A stretch of 64,000 nt of DNA from Candidatus Omnitrophota bacterium (GTDB lineage Bacteria > Ratteibacteria > UBA8468 > MWAK01): the NCBI GenBank assembly GCA_043826355.1, contig JBDRQI010000005.1, forward strand, positions 1 to 64,000, read 5' to 3'. Numbering within the stretch: position 1 is the stretch's first letter; every line of letters begins with the position of its first letter. Below, piece by piece: positions 18,127-27,979 of the stretch. The translations under genes and the position numbers were made by a program. The notes below the pieces were generated by a model. The model did no database searches. It was not told where the DNA came from and saw nothing but the letters and a program-made list of their open reading frames with translations.

Positions 18127-19251
18127 ATGGAAAAGAGAATTCATCCCAAAGTTTCCGATCTTCTTTTCATGCTCAAAGATACCTGCGAATATATGTGCCG
18201 AAATATCTACCAAAATCCGGAAATCGTGTTGAATTATGTCCTGGAAAAGATAGTCAAGATGATGAACGCCAAAGCCGGAAATGTCCGGCTTTTTGACAAA
18301 GCCTCCGGGAACCTTGTTTTAAAAGCAAGTTACGGCGTAAGTAAAAGATACCAGAACAGAAAAACCTCCCTGCCTGTCGGCACAAGCATTGCCGGACTTG
18401 CCTACGAAAAAGAAAAGATTTATGCCGTGGAAGATCTGAGTATCAATAATCGCTATCACGCTCCTGAATATACGCTGAAAGAAGGCGTCAGTTCGCTTCT
18501 CTCGGCGCCTTTAGCCACCCCGGAAAGCAAACTGGGCGTCTGCAGCATCTATTTCCCCGAGCCCAGAAAGTTCCACCGGGAAGAGACCGAATTCTTTTCG
18601 ATCTTCTCCAGTTTCCTGGCTACCTTTTTAAATACCCAGATATTGAATTATCAACTTGGCCGCAGTTACCTGGAGATCGCGAAAGCGCTTATCGTTACCC
18701 TGGAAGAGAAAGACCCCTACACCAAAGGACATTCGGAGAGGGTGAGAGAATATGCGGTCAAGATAGCCGAAAGATTGAAATTTTCGAAGAATGAAGTGCA
18801 GATTCTTTCGGACTTCAGCATTCTCCATGACATCGGAAAAATTATCGTAGACAGTTCCATCCTTAACAAACCGGGCAAACTGAATAAGGAAGAGTGGGAC
18901 GTTATCAAACAACACCCGGTAGTCGGCACAAGGATGATTTCACCCTTCAACGGACTCGCCTCAGGAATTCCCCTGATTAAACACCACCACGAAAGAATGG
19001 ACGGTAAGGGATATCCCGACGGTTTAAAAGGGGATTCCATACCTCCTCTGGTCCAGATAATGGCAGTGGCGGATGCCTTTGACGCCATGACCTCCCCGCG
19101 CGCCTACCGGAACGCGATGACGCTTGAAAAAACCGAAGCCCAACTTATCAAGAATATCGGCGGCCAGTTTGACGAAAAGGTAATAAGAACCCTGCTCGCG
19201 TTGATTGAGGCAAAAGAGATTATCCTGCCTGGATTCAAGCCGTCGGTGTAA
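18127..19251 (+). CDS. GAF + HD-GYP cyclic-dinucleotide phosphodiesterase
   Basis: DPYTKGHSERV, LHDIGK, HHERMDGKGYPDGL, ADAFDAMTSPRAYR; N-terminal GAF. Confidence 0.92.
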   Translation: MEKRIHPKVSDLLFMLKDTCEYMCRNIYQNPEIVLNYVLEKIVKMMNAKAGNVRLFDKASGNLVLKASYGVSKRYQNRKTSLPVGTSIAGLAYEKEKIYAVEDLSINNRYHAPEYTLKEGVSSLLSAPLATPESKLGVCSIYFPEPRKFHREETEFFSIFSSFLATFLNTQILNYQLGRSYLEIAKALIVTLEEKDPYTKGHSERVREYAVKIAERLKFSKNEVQILSDFSILHDIGKIIVDSSILNKPGKLNKEEWDVIKQHPVVGTRMISPFNGLASGIPLIKHHHERMDGKGYPDGLKGDSIPPLVQIMAVADAFDAMTSPRAYRNAMTLEKTEAQLIKNIGGQFDEKVIRTLLALIEAKEIILPGFKPSV

Positions 19252-19407
19252 AAGATTCCCAAATCTCCGCGCCTTCATTCTGCCGGCCTCAAGTTCACCT
19301 GCCAAAAAGCAGAACAATTATGAATTAGGAAAATCCCTCTTTCGTAAATTTGAGGTTATGGGTTAAAATGATGGTTAAGTTTCAGGCGCCGGCAATAAAC
19401 AAAAACC

Positions 19408-19941
19408 ATGCCTGTTTTGAAATGCACCCGAAAGCTTGTCAGGGCGTTGGGCAAAAGCGCCGATAAGTTATTCTCGGCGCAGCCCGATAACGATACTTCT
19501 ATCCTGGGATGCTGGAGCGCCCATCTGGTCATATTCGCAAGAATACGGTTTGTGCTCTTTGTAAACGCGAAAACCTTGCTGACTATTTTCATCCCTTTCA
19601 AACCGAAAGAACGCCTGCTGCAGAGATTTCAGCCGGCCCTGCTCAAGGAACTTCTCCGGCTTGGCGTGTTGCCGGATAAGGCGGTAGAAGAAACCTCGAA
19701 GTTTCGGAATTTTAGTCTTGGAAAAAACACGGACAAAAGCGTTGTCGGTTCAATGAACGAACTGGCGTTTGAATACAAAATCCTCTTGGACTTGCAGGTT
19801 AAAAGACACGGAACGCTTGACCTTGAAGCCGTACAGGCTTTGGCTAACGAGACACCTCACGTAAAAAGAGAGCATTCTTTTCCGGAAGAATATGTCCATG
19901 AACTGTTCGATGTTGAAAAACCGAAAGTGATATTTCATTAA
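19408..19941 (+). CDS. DUF6933-like hypothetical protein
   Basis: LKCTRKL...LGCWSAHL...LFVNAKTL...TDKSVVGSMNE pattern, recalled from this family. Confidence 0.55.
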   Translation: MPVLKCTRKLVRALGKSADKLFSAQPDNDTSILGCWSAHLVIFARIRFVLFVNAKTLLTIFIPFKPKERLLQRFQPALLKELLRLGVLPDKAVEETSKFRNFSLGKNTDKSVVGSMNELAFEYKILLDLQVKRHGTLDLEAVQALANETPHVKREHSFPEEYVHELFDVEKPKVIFH

Positions 19942-19957
19942 CGGAGGGAGAATTCCT

Positions 19958-20893
19958 ATGCTGTGTCCTCACTGCGGTCACAAAAACGAAGAGGGAATCA
20001 GGTTCTGTACCGGCTGCGGAGAATTGTTGGGTAAGAGAGCGCGGGGAAGACCGGCGGAAAGACCGACAGCGGGAACGTCGACAACAAGAACGCCGGTATG
20101 GATTCAATCCATAATTGGAAAAGGCCTTTTATTGGTTCTCGCCGTAATTGTCATTTTTGTGCTGATTTCAATAACTTTAGCCGTACATCGGGCTTCGCAT
20201 CGTCCGGCTCCGCCGGTAATTCATTATTCATCCTCTCCTCTACCCTCTCCTGCGCCGCCGAGGGAAAGCGTTCAAGTACCGGAGCCGGCAGTTTCTAAAC
20301 CATCCCCACCTTCTCCTCAAACCAACGCCGTAGAAAAAGAACCTGTTGCACCACCGGAAAAAGAAAAGGTTGTTGAAAAATCAGTTTTCGTGGACCAGAA
20401 CTTGGACAGATTCATTAATCTTCCGGCGAAAACAGAAGAGGAATTCAAGAAATTCAAGCAGGATGAGGGCTGGCGGTTAATCCAAACGATAGGCCTGAAT
20501 ATTCAATTTGACCAATTATGTCGAAAAGCCGAGGATGCCAATAAAAGACACGAATGGCAAGAAGTAATAAACTTGTACGGAAAAGCACTGCAAACCTACC
20601 CCCAATACTACGATGCTTCTTTCAGAATGGCCAACAGTTATAACCAACTAAATCAACCGGACAAGGCGCTGGAATGGACGTTAAAGGGACTTCAGAAATT
20701 CCGATGTAATCTGTTATACGAAATCGCAGCCGAGGCCTATTCCAGAAAAGGCGATGAATCACGAATGCTGACTTGGCTGGAAGGTGCATTCAAGGGAGGT
20801 TTCAAAGCGAGCAAGGAAGATATGGACAGGGCCTTTTCCCGGCACAAAGATGACCCGCGGTATTTGTCGCTACTTCAAAAATACAAAATATAG
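19958..20893 (+). CDS. Zinc-ribbon / TM / Pro-rich linker / TPR membrane protein
   Basis: CPHCG..N.....FCTGCG; one hydrophobic helix; Pro-rich stretch; TPR-like helices. Confidence 0.75.
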   Translation: MLCPHCGHKNEEGIRFCTGCGELLGKRARGRPAERPTAGTSTTRTPVWIQSIIGKGLLLVLAVIVIFVLISITLAVHRASHRPAPPVIHYSSSPLPSPAPPRESVQVPEPAVSKPSPPSPQTNAVEKEPVAPPEKEKVVEKSVFVDQNLDRFINLPAKTEEEFKKFKQDEGWRLIQTIGLNIQFDQLCRKAEDANKRHEWQEVINLYGKALQTYPQYYDASFRMANSYNQLNQPDKALEWTLKGLQKFRCNLLYEIAAEAYSRKGDESRMLTWLEGAFKGGFKASKEDMDRAFSRHKDDPRYLSLLQKYKI

Positions 20894-20963
20894 CGTCTTT
20901 GGGTAGAAATTTCGGGAAGTTATAACTGAGGTTGATTGCACAAGAATTCTCAGGGAGGTTTAA

Positions 20964-22325
20964 ATGGAAAAGATAGGGGTAAAAACGGCAATTAAAGTAT
21001 TATTGATAGGAACGGCGGTTTTTCTTTTGGCCAGACAAATAAGGGCAGACGAATTAAGTGCTGTTAAAGACGGATACAAATACTACTGGTCAAACATCAA
21101 GGACGGCAAAGGAAGTTGCACGGTAACAAGACAAAATTTCTCACCAGATAATCCCACGGTTCCTCAGAGCGAAATAAAAGACAGTTTTGAATGGATGTTT
21201 GAAGGTCCGAAAATAAGATGCAAGAAAATGAATGTGTCCATGACAATCAACGGACAAAAAGCATGGCCTGCCCGTGAAGAATTTGTTACTGAAATCTATT
21301 TTGACGGTCAAAAAATTGCTGCCGGCGGAGGAAAAAACTTCGTCTTACGCAAGCCAGATCATTCAGATTTCGGTGCGACTAATGAGTGGGACCCAAGACT
21401 TATGGTAACCGGAAGCACAAGACCGGGCAAAGACTGGGAACCGATTACCTTCTGGGATTTTCAGGGAAAGGGAAATTACAGCATTGTTGGGAAAGAAAAG
21501 ATTAACAGCTATGAATGCTATGTGCTGGAGACAACCATAGAGAAAGATTTAGAAAAAAACGGAGGAATGATTCGCCGCAACTGGTTTGACATTGAACGCA
21601 ATTGCTGCCTTGTTAGAAGCGAGATATGGTTCTCTGTTGGTAAAGACCAGGTGATCCCGAAAGGCCAGGAATGGACAAAGGACGAAGGAAAATATTTATC
21701 AAGCCGCACCGATATAGAACTCAAGAAATACGAAAAAGAATTGTGGGGCCCCAAGAAATACGAATGGATTCAGTACGTCCCAGACTCAAAAACCAAGACT
21801 TTTTATGTTCTTAATAAAACAACAAAGATTTATGACGATACCTGTGCCTACAACGTGGGACTTACAGAAGATAACTTGAAAATTCCAATACCTCTTGATG
21901 CCACGGTCTTTGACGCATCAAAATATCCCACCGAGTACGTAAAACCGAAAGTTAGTATAGAATTCCGGCTTATCAAAAACATCCCAACCCCAGGTTTTAC
22001 GGAGACCAAAACCGCCGGGCCCAATCAAGATATTTACTATGTTGCGGACAAAGCAGAAATAACAGATGCAGACATTAAAGGCGTTAAGGTGAGTTTCTCA
22101 ATGCAAGGATTTCCCCAAATTGATATTCTGTTTGCAGACGAAGGCGCAAAAAAGTTGGCCGAAGTGACCGGGAAACATATTAACGAGCAAATGGCGATTT
22201 TCGTAAATGGCAAGTTGAATAGCGCACCGATTATCAAAGAAAAGATTCCCGGTTCCCATTTACAACTATCCGGTCACTTTACGGAAGCGGAAATTAGGCG
22301 AATTATAGGGGAAGAGACCAAATAA
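20964..22325 (+). CDS. Exported protein with C-terminal SecDF P1-head-like subdomain
   Basis: Signal peptide; C-terminal PQIDILF..EGAKKLAEVT..HINEQMAIFVNGKLNSAPIIKEKI....LQLSG. Confidence 0.7.
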   Translation: MEKIGVKTAIKVLLIGTAVFLLARQIRADELSAVKDGYKYYWSNIKDGKGSCTVTRQNFSPDNPTVPQSEIKDSFEWMFEGPKIRCKKMNVSMTINGQKAWPAREEFVTEIYFDGQKIAAGGGKNFVLRKPDHSDFGATNEWDPRLMVTGSTRPGKDWEPITFWDFQGKGNYSIVGKEKINSYECYVLETTIEKDLEKNGGMIRRNWFDIERNCCLVRSEIWFSVGKDQVIPKGQEWTKDEGKYLSSRTDIELKKYEKELWGPKKYEWIQYVPDSKTKTFYVLNKTTKIYDDTCAYNVGLTEDNLKIPIPLDATVFDASKYPTEYVKPKVSIEFRLIKNIPTPGFTETKTAGPNQDIYYVADKAEITDADIKGVKVSFSMQGFPQIDILFADEGAKKLAEVTGKHINEQMAIFVNGKLNSAPIIKEKIPGSHLQLSGHFTEAEIRRIIGEETK

Positions 22326-22363
22326 TATTAGATTTTTCGAAATTGTAAGACGAAAGGAGGCTT

Positions 22364-22930
22364 ATGCCGATAGTAAGAAAGGAACAGAAAGTTGATGATT
22401 GGTCGGTCTTGATCAGAGGCGCCCAGGGAAAAGCCGGGAACATCTTCGGCAACACCGGAAATCTCATAGATCAGACCAATGTGCCGGATGTAAGAATAGA
22501 AAAAAAGAGAGTGGCCCCCGGTTTCATCAGGGGGATTTTTGGTGCAAAAAGGGATTTCCTGATCGTCACCCAGACCACAAACCCCAAACTCAGGCCTTAC
22601 CAGATGTTTATCGGCGCCAGAGATTACGGCAACAACCTTGATGTCTCATGGTATCTGACCTATCGCTTGAGTTTCATGCAAAGGTTAATCGCTTTCTTCT
22701 GCGCCCTTCCTTTGATAAGTCTGCTTTTCCTGAGCGGGGAACTGCAAAAAAAAGAAAAAGAGAACAAGGGAGACCCGAACCTGGATTTCTTTGACGAACA
22801 GGACTTGCGGGCTTATGTTACTAATGCTCACAAATGTTTACAAGACGCGGTTGACAAACTGATGCTGGAGTTGAACCAGGATCCGTCAAAGATAGACAGA
22901 AAGTCAAGAGGATTTTTGGGAATTTCGTAA
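22364..22930 (+). CDS. Hypothetical membrane protein
   Basis: AAAGGAGG RBS; one TM segment. Confidence 0.7.
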   Translation: MPIVRKEQKVDDWSVLIRGAQGKAGNIFGNTGNLIDQTNVPDVRIEKKRVAPGFIRGIFGAKRDFLIVTQTTNPKLRPYQMFIGARDYGNNLDVSWYLTYRLSFMQRLIAFFCALPLISLLFLSGELQKKEKENKGDPNLDFFDEQDLRAYVTNAHKCLQDAVDKLMLELNQDPSKIDRKSRGFLGIS

Positions 22931-22989
22931 GGGAGTCGCTCTTATGTTTTATCAATTTCAAGTTGAAAATCACTTGGAGGCAAAAATAA

Positions 22990-23595
22990 ATGAACTGGGA
23001 TGAGATTTTCCGAATTATTTCCGGCATCATAATATCTGTGGGCGGTGCGGGAGCTATTATTTTAGCGATATCATCTTTTCTTGGAAAATTGTGGGCACAA
23101 AGATATCTCGAATCTGTTAAAAAAGATTATCAAAAGGAAATAGAAAATTACAAGATTCATCTGGATATGCTCAAGAACACTGTTTTGCGGTATTCCGAGC
23201 AACAATTTGATTTGTACTACAAACTTTGGATGTCTTTATATGCCTTAAAAGTAAAGGCTGACGTACTTTGGGAAGAGGCAAACGAAAGAAACATAGTAGA
23301 GTTTTCTCACCAATTAGAAAAGACAATATATGAAGTGGAAAAAAGTTATCTGTTCATTGAAGAAGAACACTATGATGAATTAAGAAATTTGCTTGGACAA
23401 TTCAGCGAATATCAATTTGGTAAAACAAAATTGGTTCAACTATATAAACAACAAATGGGCGTAAGTCCTCGCGAGATTGCGCTGTTGATCGAACTTAATA
23501 GAATAAAAAAGGGGGAATATGAAAACCTTATAGCCAAAATCAGAAGAGACTTGAAGCAACAAATAAGAATGATGAATCCAAATAGAGAAACATAG
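22990..23595 (+). CDS. Hypothetical protein with N-terminal TM and coiled coil
   Basis: GGAGG RBS; IISVGGAGAIILAISSFLG hydrophobic segment. Confidence 0.7.
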   Translation: MNWDEIFRIISGIIISVGGAGAIILAISSFLGKLWAQRYLESVKKDYQKEIENYKIHLDMLKNTVLRYSEQQFDLYYKLWMSLYALKVKADVLWEEANERNIVEFSHQLEKTIYEVEKSYLFIEEEHYDELRNLLGQFSEYQFGKTKLVQLYKQQMGVSPREIALLIELNRIKKGEYENLIAKIRRDLKQQIRMMNPNRET

Positions 23596-23666
23596 AAAAT
23601 AATCATTATCCTATGAATTTCTGGAAAAGACTTACAGCAATCTAAAAGAAGAAACAGGGGTGAATT

Positions 23667-24845
23667 ATGATTTTTAAGGATATTGACCAGATAACAGAAG
23701 AAGACCTGCGCACATTGATCGCTAACTCCGTAATAGAAAAGAAAAATCTTGAGTACAAGCAGGAGTTGCCAGGTAATACAGATTCAGAAAAAAAAGAATT
23801 TCTTGCTGATATCTCATCTTTTGCGAATGCCAGCGGAGGCGACATAATATATGGAATGATTGAAAACAGAAACACTGGTCTTCCCACCGCACTTAAAGGG
23901 GTCGCCATTGAAAACATAGATCAAGAAATTATCCGGCTGGATAATATTATAAGAGACGGGATAGGACCCAGAATATCAGGCACAAGAACTCGGCACATCA
24001 AACTCTCAAATGGAAATCTAGCTCTGATTATTCGAATTCCAAAAAGCTGGATCAGCCCTCACCGTGTCGTTTTCGGAGGACACGATAAATTCTACGCAAG
24101 AAGCACAAACGGTAAATATTCAATGGATGTTTCAGAATTACGAATCGCTTTCAACCTATCAGAAAGCGTTGTGGAAAGAATTAGAAAATTCAGAGAAGAC
24201 AGAATATCAAAAATATTGGCCGGCGAAACTCCCATTCTGCTTCACGAGGGAGCAAAAATATGCTTGCATTTAATCCCAATCATTTCTTTTAGTCCCGCCC
24301 AGAGGTATGAACTAAGCAAAGATGCTTCTGGCAAATTATCTCCGATGTATTGTCGTGGGTGGAACAATAGATATAACTTTGATGGATATCTAAATCATTC
24401 TCCCGTTGTGGATGGGAAGGTGTATTCCTATACACAATTCTTTAAAAACGGAATAATCGAAGCCGTAGAAGCCGCTTCATTAGATCCTCGCCATAAAGAT
24501 GGAAAATTACTTATTCCTCGTATTGCATATGAAAAAGAATTAATTGAAGTGCTTTCTAACTGCTTGTCCGTTTTTAAACTTCTAAACATTGAATTGCCAA
24601 TTTTTCTTCTCTTAGCTTTGTTAGGTGTTAAGGGATATTCCATGGGTATCGACATGTGGGATCTTTTTAAAGACCAACTTGATACGATTGACAGAGACAT
24701 TCTTGTGTTGCCTGAAATTCTAATCGAAAATTACGGTATTGCTTCAAAGGATATTTTAAGACCTTGTTTCGATTCCATCTGGAATGCATGTGGATTTCCT
24801 AAATCGTTGAATTATAACGATGCTGGAGAGTGGGTAGGAAAATAA
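23667..24845 (+). CDS. Schlafen/AlbA_2 domain protein
   Basis: IEKKNLEYKQEL...EFLADISSFANASGGDIIYG...SPH...FYARS motifs. Confidence 0.85.
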   Translation: MIFKDIDQITEEDLRTLIANSVIEKKNLEYKQELPGNTDSEKKEFLADISSFANASGGDIIYGMIENRNTGLPTALKGVAIENIDQEIIRLDNIIRDGIGPRISGTRTRHIKLSNGNLALIIRIPKSWISPHRVVFGGHDKFYARSTNGKYSMDVSELRIAFNLSESVVERIRKFREDRISKILAGETPILLHEGAKICLHLIPIISFSPAQRYELSKDASGKLSPMYCRGWNNRYNFDGYLNHSPVVDGKVYSYTQFFKNGIIEAVEAASLDPRHKDGKLLIPRIAYEKELIEVLSNCLSVFKLLNIELPIFLLLALLGVKGYSMGIDMWDLFKDQLDTIDRDILVLPEILIENYGIASKDILRPCFDSIWNACGFPKSLNYNDAGEWVGK

Positions 24846-24907
24846 CTGTTGAAGCCTTGGGAAATGAAAAAAGTTTTCAGTTGAAATAGCCGGTTGACGA
24901 TGAAAAC

Positions 24908-25498
24908 ATGCCTTGGAAAGACGACGAAATAAAAAGACTGCTCCGCAAAAGTGATATAAGATCCTATAACGGACGCTTTGAACGGCTGAAATTACTTCTA
25001 TCAGTAGAAGACCAAGGAGCATTTCCTTTACCTACACTTACAAATGAGTATTATGAAGAAGCAAGGTTATGTTGGTATGCAGGTGCTTTTGTCGCGACAA
25101 TCATAATGGTCCAACTCTCGTTTGAAGAATTTCTGCGTTCTCATTATCGTATGGCAAAAGGAGTGGGTGGAACATTAAATAACGGTAAGAAAGTTGACCA
25201 AGCCGGTTTTTTTGACCTTATAGCCGAAGCTCAAAATGATAATTATATTTCAAAAAAAGAGGCGGAATTATTGCATGATTTGAGAAAAAATATTCGTAAC
25301 CCATATGTTCATACAAAGGATGTCAAAATAGATGACAACGGCAAAGAAGATTCCAAAAGTGCTAATTTTTTCACCCAGTTTTTTAAGATTACAACACCCG
25401 AACGCGTGGGATGTGATGTAAGAAATGAGGCAGAAAAAGCCATCCGGCTTTTAGTTATCTCATTGCCCCAAATTACGCGTCGTTCGGGAGGTCTATAA
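24908..25498 (+). CDS. HEPN-like (DUF4145-type) protein
   Basis: YEEARLCWYAGAFVATIIM...EEFLR and LRKNIRNPYVH (R-x4-H). Confidence 0.65.
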   Translation: MPWKDDEIKRLLRKSDIRSYNGRFERLKLLLSVEDQGAFPLPTLTNEYYEEARLCWYAGAFVATIIMVQLSFEEFLRSHYRMAKGVGGTLNNGKKVDQAGFFDLIAEAQNDNYISKKEAELLHDLRKNIRNPYVHTKDVKIDDNGKEDSKSANFFTQFFKITTPERVGCDVRNEAEKAIRLLVISLPQITRRSGGL

Positions 25499-25529
25499 TC
25501 AGATAACATAATATTTGCATTTAGCCAAA

Positions 25530-27956
25530 ATGAATTTCTGGAAAAGATTGGCTGGCAATTCAAAAGAAAAAGAGGGATTGGAAATGGAAAAAGATATTTC
25601 CGTTGAACCATCTTCCGAAGAATCCCAGAATACCCTGAACCTCGGCTGGTACTGGTCGGAGAACAAGAACGAACACCAGATGGCCAAGATTGCCGAGGAA
25701 GATAGACGGACACATTTCTATGTCATCGGCGCCACCGGGACCGGCAAGACCAAGTTTCTGGAGTTTCTGATTCAGCAGGACATTGAAAAGGGCAACGGCT
25801 TCGGAGTGATAGACCCTCACGGGGACTTGATTGAGGACATCAAGGGCTTTCTGGCCTGCCAATACAACGCAGACGATGAAAAAAAGGAACTCTCGGAACG
25901 GGTTATTTTAATTGACCCCACTGACCCGAATTTCACCGTTACCTTCAATCCTCTTGAAAAACTTCCCAACATTACCATTCCGGAACAGGTCAGCGAATTC
26001 ATCTCTTCTTTCAAAAAGATGTGGGCTGATTCCTGGGGAGTCAGGATGGAGGATTTATTGCGGAATTCTCTCATTGCCCTGGGTGAAGCCGAATACACTC
26101 TTTCGGAATTGACTTTATTTCTCACGGACAGAGTCTTCCGGCAGACGGTATTGGAGAAAGTAGCCCACGCCGGAGCACGGGAGTATTTCAAGAAATTTGA
26201 TTCAATCACTGACAGGGGACAGGTTACCTGGATTGAACCGATTACCAATAAAATCAACGCCTTCTTTGCCGAAGAAAAGATACGACAGATGTTCTCCTCA
26301 CCCAAGAGTTCTTTTAACATGCGGGAAGCGATGGACAACCGAAAAATTATTCTTATCAAACTGGATAAAGGACGGTTAAAAGATACTGCTGACATACTCG
26401 GTTCTCTTCTTCTGGCCAAGATACAGATGGCGGCCTTCTCAAGGGCTGACATATCCCAGAGCAAAAGAACGCCCTTCTATCTCTATGTTGACGAATTCCA
26501 GAACTTTGCCGGTGATTCGTTCGCTACGGTTCTGTCGGAAGCCAGAAAGTACGGTCTGTCTCTGATTATGGCTCACCAGACCCTGGCCCAGATTCCCACT
26601 GAATTGCGGAGTTTGATTCTGGGCAACACCGGTATCCAGGTATATTTCCGGGTCAACCGTCAGGACGCCAATTTATTGGCCAAGGAAGCGTTTGAATATT
26701 CGGGGTTTGAAGTTAAGAGCGTACATGGTATGACGCCCAGGCATTGGAGTTATGCCGAAGAATGGGAACGCAATATTGCGCAATTACAGCACCTTTCTCC
26801 ACGCATCTGTTATGCCGCGCACAAGATTGAAGGCGGAATAATACCGATTCAGACCGCAGATGTTGAACCAGCCTGCGAAGTTTTGGGTCTGGATGAGGAA
26901 GAGTATCAAAAGTATCTTAAAACTCTTCCTTTTGGCCGGAAATATCTGGTTTCAAGAAAAGAACTGACTGTCTCGGCAGAACAGAGACAAGCGCTTTTCC
27001 GGGAAGGACTCGCCAAGGCGAAAAAGGAGCCGGTTGAGGTTGCGACACCGGTAAAAGAGGTTTCGGTCTCAAAACGGCCTTCTCCGGCTGAAAAAGAGGC
27101 CAAGGAAACCGGACCACTGCCGGAAGAAAGGAGCTTTCTGGAATTTGTCTCAAAAAATCCCGGAGTGTTCGTCACCAAGGTGTATCAGGGTCTCGAATTA
27201 AGTGGCTATAAGGGAGACCGGCTGAAGGAGACCTTGATTAGGAAGGGTTTAATCGAACAGGAAGAAACAAGGGAAGGAAGCAAGGGACGCTTAGCCAAGA
27301 CGCTCACGATTACGGATAAAGGTTCGTCGGTTCTGAAGGAGACGGTTCTGACCGGCAAGGGCGGAGAGGTTCACAAGCAGTTGCAGTTGATGCTGAAGGA
27401 ACAGGCGGAACTGTTTGGCTGGAAGGCGGTGATTGAAGAACGGATTCCCAAATCCCTGGAGAGCGTGGATGTGGGTTTGAGAAAGGACGACATCAGGGTG
27501 GCAATTGAAATCTCGCACACTTCCAAGGCGGATTACGAAATCGCCAATATCAGGAAGTGTCTTGAAGCGGGTTACGATTATGTGGTGTCGGTCTGTTCGG
27601 ATGATAAGTTTCTGGTTCTGCTTAGGACAGAGGTTAAGAAGAGTTTTTCTTTCAAGGAGAGAGAACGAATCCGGTTCTTTCAACCGTCCCAGGTAAACGG
27701 CTTCCTGCAATCAATTTCCCCGGCCATTGTTTCTGAAAAAGGGATTGTTTCTGGCCAAATTACAAAACAGAAACTGTTGTTGGACACAACAGAAGCATCG
27801 GAGTTTCTGGGAATCAAGAAGAACACTCTCTACGAGTGGATTGTCCAAAAAAAGATTCCTCATCTCAAAGTCGGCCGGCTGGTTAAGTTCCGAAAAACGG
27901 ACTTGGAGGCCTGGCTGGAGAAAAGAAGTCAGGAAGAAAAGGAAAATTTGTGGTAA
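25530..27956 (+). CDS. VirD4/TraG-like coupling ATPase fused to wHTH, PD-(D/E)XK-like and excisionase-type HTH domains
   Basis: HFYVIGATGTGKT, IDPHGDL, YVDEFQNF, EARKYGLSLIMAHQ; then H...VD-x12-EIS; C-terminal LLDTTEASEFLGIKKNTLYEW...IPHLKVGRLVKFRKTDLEAW. Start uncertain (25515, 25530 or 25584). Confidence 0.85.
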   Translation: MNFWKRLAGNSKEKEGLEMEKDISVEPSSEESQNTLNLGWYWSENKNEHQMAKIAEEDRRTHFYVIGATGTGKTKFLEFLIQQDIEKGNGFGVIDPHGDLIEDIKGFLACQYNADDEKKELSERVILIDPTDPNFTVTFNPLEKLPNITIPEQVSEFISSFKKMWADSWGVRMEDLLRNSLIALGEAEYTLSELTLFLTDRVFRQTVLEKVAHAGAREYFKKFDSITDRGQVTWIEPITNKINAFFAEEKIRQMFSSPKSSFNMREAMDNRKIILIKLDKGRLKDTADILGSLLLAKIQMAAFSRADISQSKRTPFYLYVDEFQNFAGDSFATVLSEARKYGLSLIMAHQTLAQIPTELRSLILGNTGIQVYFRVNRQDANLLAKEAFEYSGFEVKSVHGMTPRHWSYAEEWERNIAQLQHLSPRICYAAHKIEGGIIPIQTADVEPACEVLGLDEEEYQKYLKTLPFGRKYLVSRKELTVSAEQRQALFREGLAKAKKEPVEVATPVKEVSVSKRPSPAEKEAKETGPLPEERSFLEFVSKNPGVFVTKVYQGLELSGYKGDRLKETLIRKGLIEQEETREGSKGRLAKTLTITDKGSSVLKETVLTGKGGEVHKQLQLMLKEQAELFGWKAVIEERIPKSLESVDVGLRKDDIRVAIEISHTSKADYEIANIRKCLEAGYDYVVSVCSDDKFLVLLRTEVKKSFSFKERERIRFFQPSQVNGFLQSISPAIVSEKGIVSGQITKQKLLLDTTEASEFLGIKKNTLYEWIVQKKIPHLKVGRLVKFRKTDLEAWLEKRSQEEKENLW

Positions 27957-27979
27957 AATATCTGGTTCAGGAGTGATAG

